64,000 nt of DNA, from positions 119,908,001 through 119,972,000 of the forward strand of contig JBNRSN020000014.1 of NCBI GenBank assembly GCA_051313645.2, read 5' to 3'. The stretch's first letter is position 1. Every line of letters starts with the position of its first letter. A program made the position numbers and the translations under genes. Under the pieces are notes generated by a model. That model did no database searches. It was not told where the DNA came from and saw nothing but the letters and a program-made list of their open reading frames with translations. The DNA comes from Centroscyllium fabricii. Its lineage: Eukaryota. Shown in pieces: positions 63,738 to 64,000 of this stretch.

Positions 63738-64000
63738 CTGTAAAAGAATGTCAGTCACAGATTGTATTATTATATCTTTCAGAACCACAGCGCCCTGTGC
63801 CCTGTAGATACATTAAGATATGCTACAAATAAGATCTTTGAAAAATTTCCTAGTGTTGCAGAATATTTTACAAGGGTTCATCACCCACTCCCATCTCAAA
63901 CAGCATATTTTCCTTTGTTCAGCTTACCCTCTATTTTCCCCAAAAATACTTTATTTCGTTTCAAAGTTGCAATAATTTTTTCATACAAAGATCTGAAATT

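Larger units (their letters stand above)
1..64000. repeat. Tandem segmental array, period ~34.3 kb, ~99.9% identity
   Basis: ORF track and sequence repeat with offset 34283 (3332-23551), 34305 (after a 22-bp indel) and 34306 (after a 1-bp indel near 26985); 1-450 matches 37165-37614; alignment runs to both window edges. Confidence 0.98.

Overview
Vertebrate, almost certainly elasmobranch (shark-type HE1/V-SINEs, CR1 LINEs, Harbinger-type MITEs), genomic DNA. The whole window lies inside a ~99.9%-identical tandem array with a period of ~34.3 kb: 1..29694 aligns to 37165..64000, with a 2881-bp young CR1 LINE present only in the lower copy. Each period carries 30 minus-strand GT-AG exons (3786 nt, 1262 codons) of a mesothelin-family (MSLN/otoancorin/stereocilin) protein. 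Tracing splice phases by hand, the 30 exons form a closed in-frame loop. I found no start, signal-peptide, stop or GPI-signal exon. The mesothelin C-terminal exon splices through micro-exons into the N-terminal part of the next module, and this junction occurs twice. The best reading is one giant 'poly-mesothelin' gene with at least three ~1260-aa modules, built by intragenic duplication of nearly a whole gene. Exon structure is inferred from DNA only. An array of separate genes, or an assembly false duplication affecting copy number, is not excluded.
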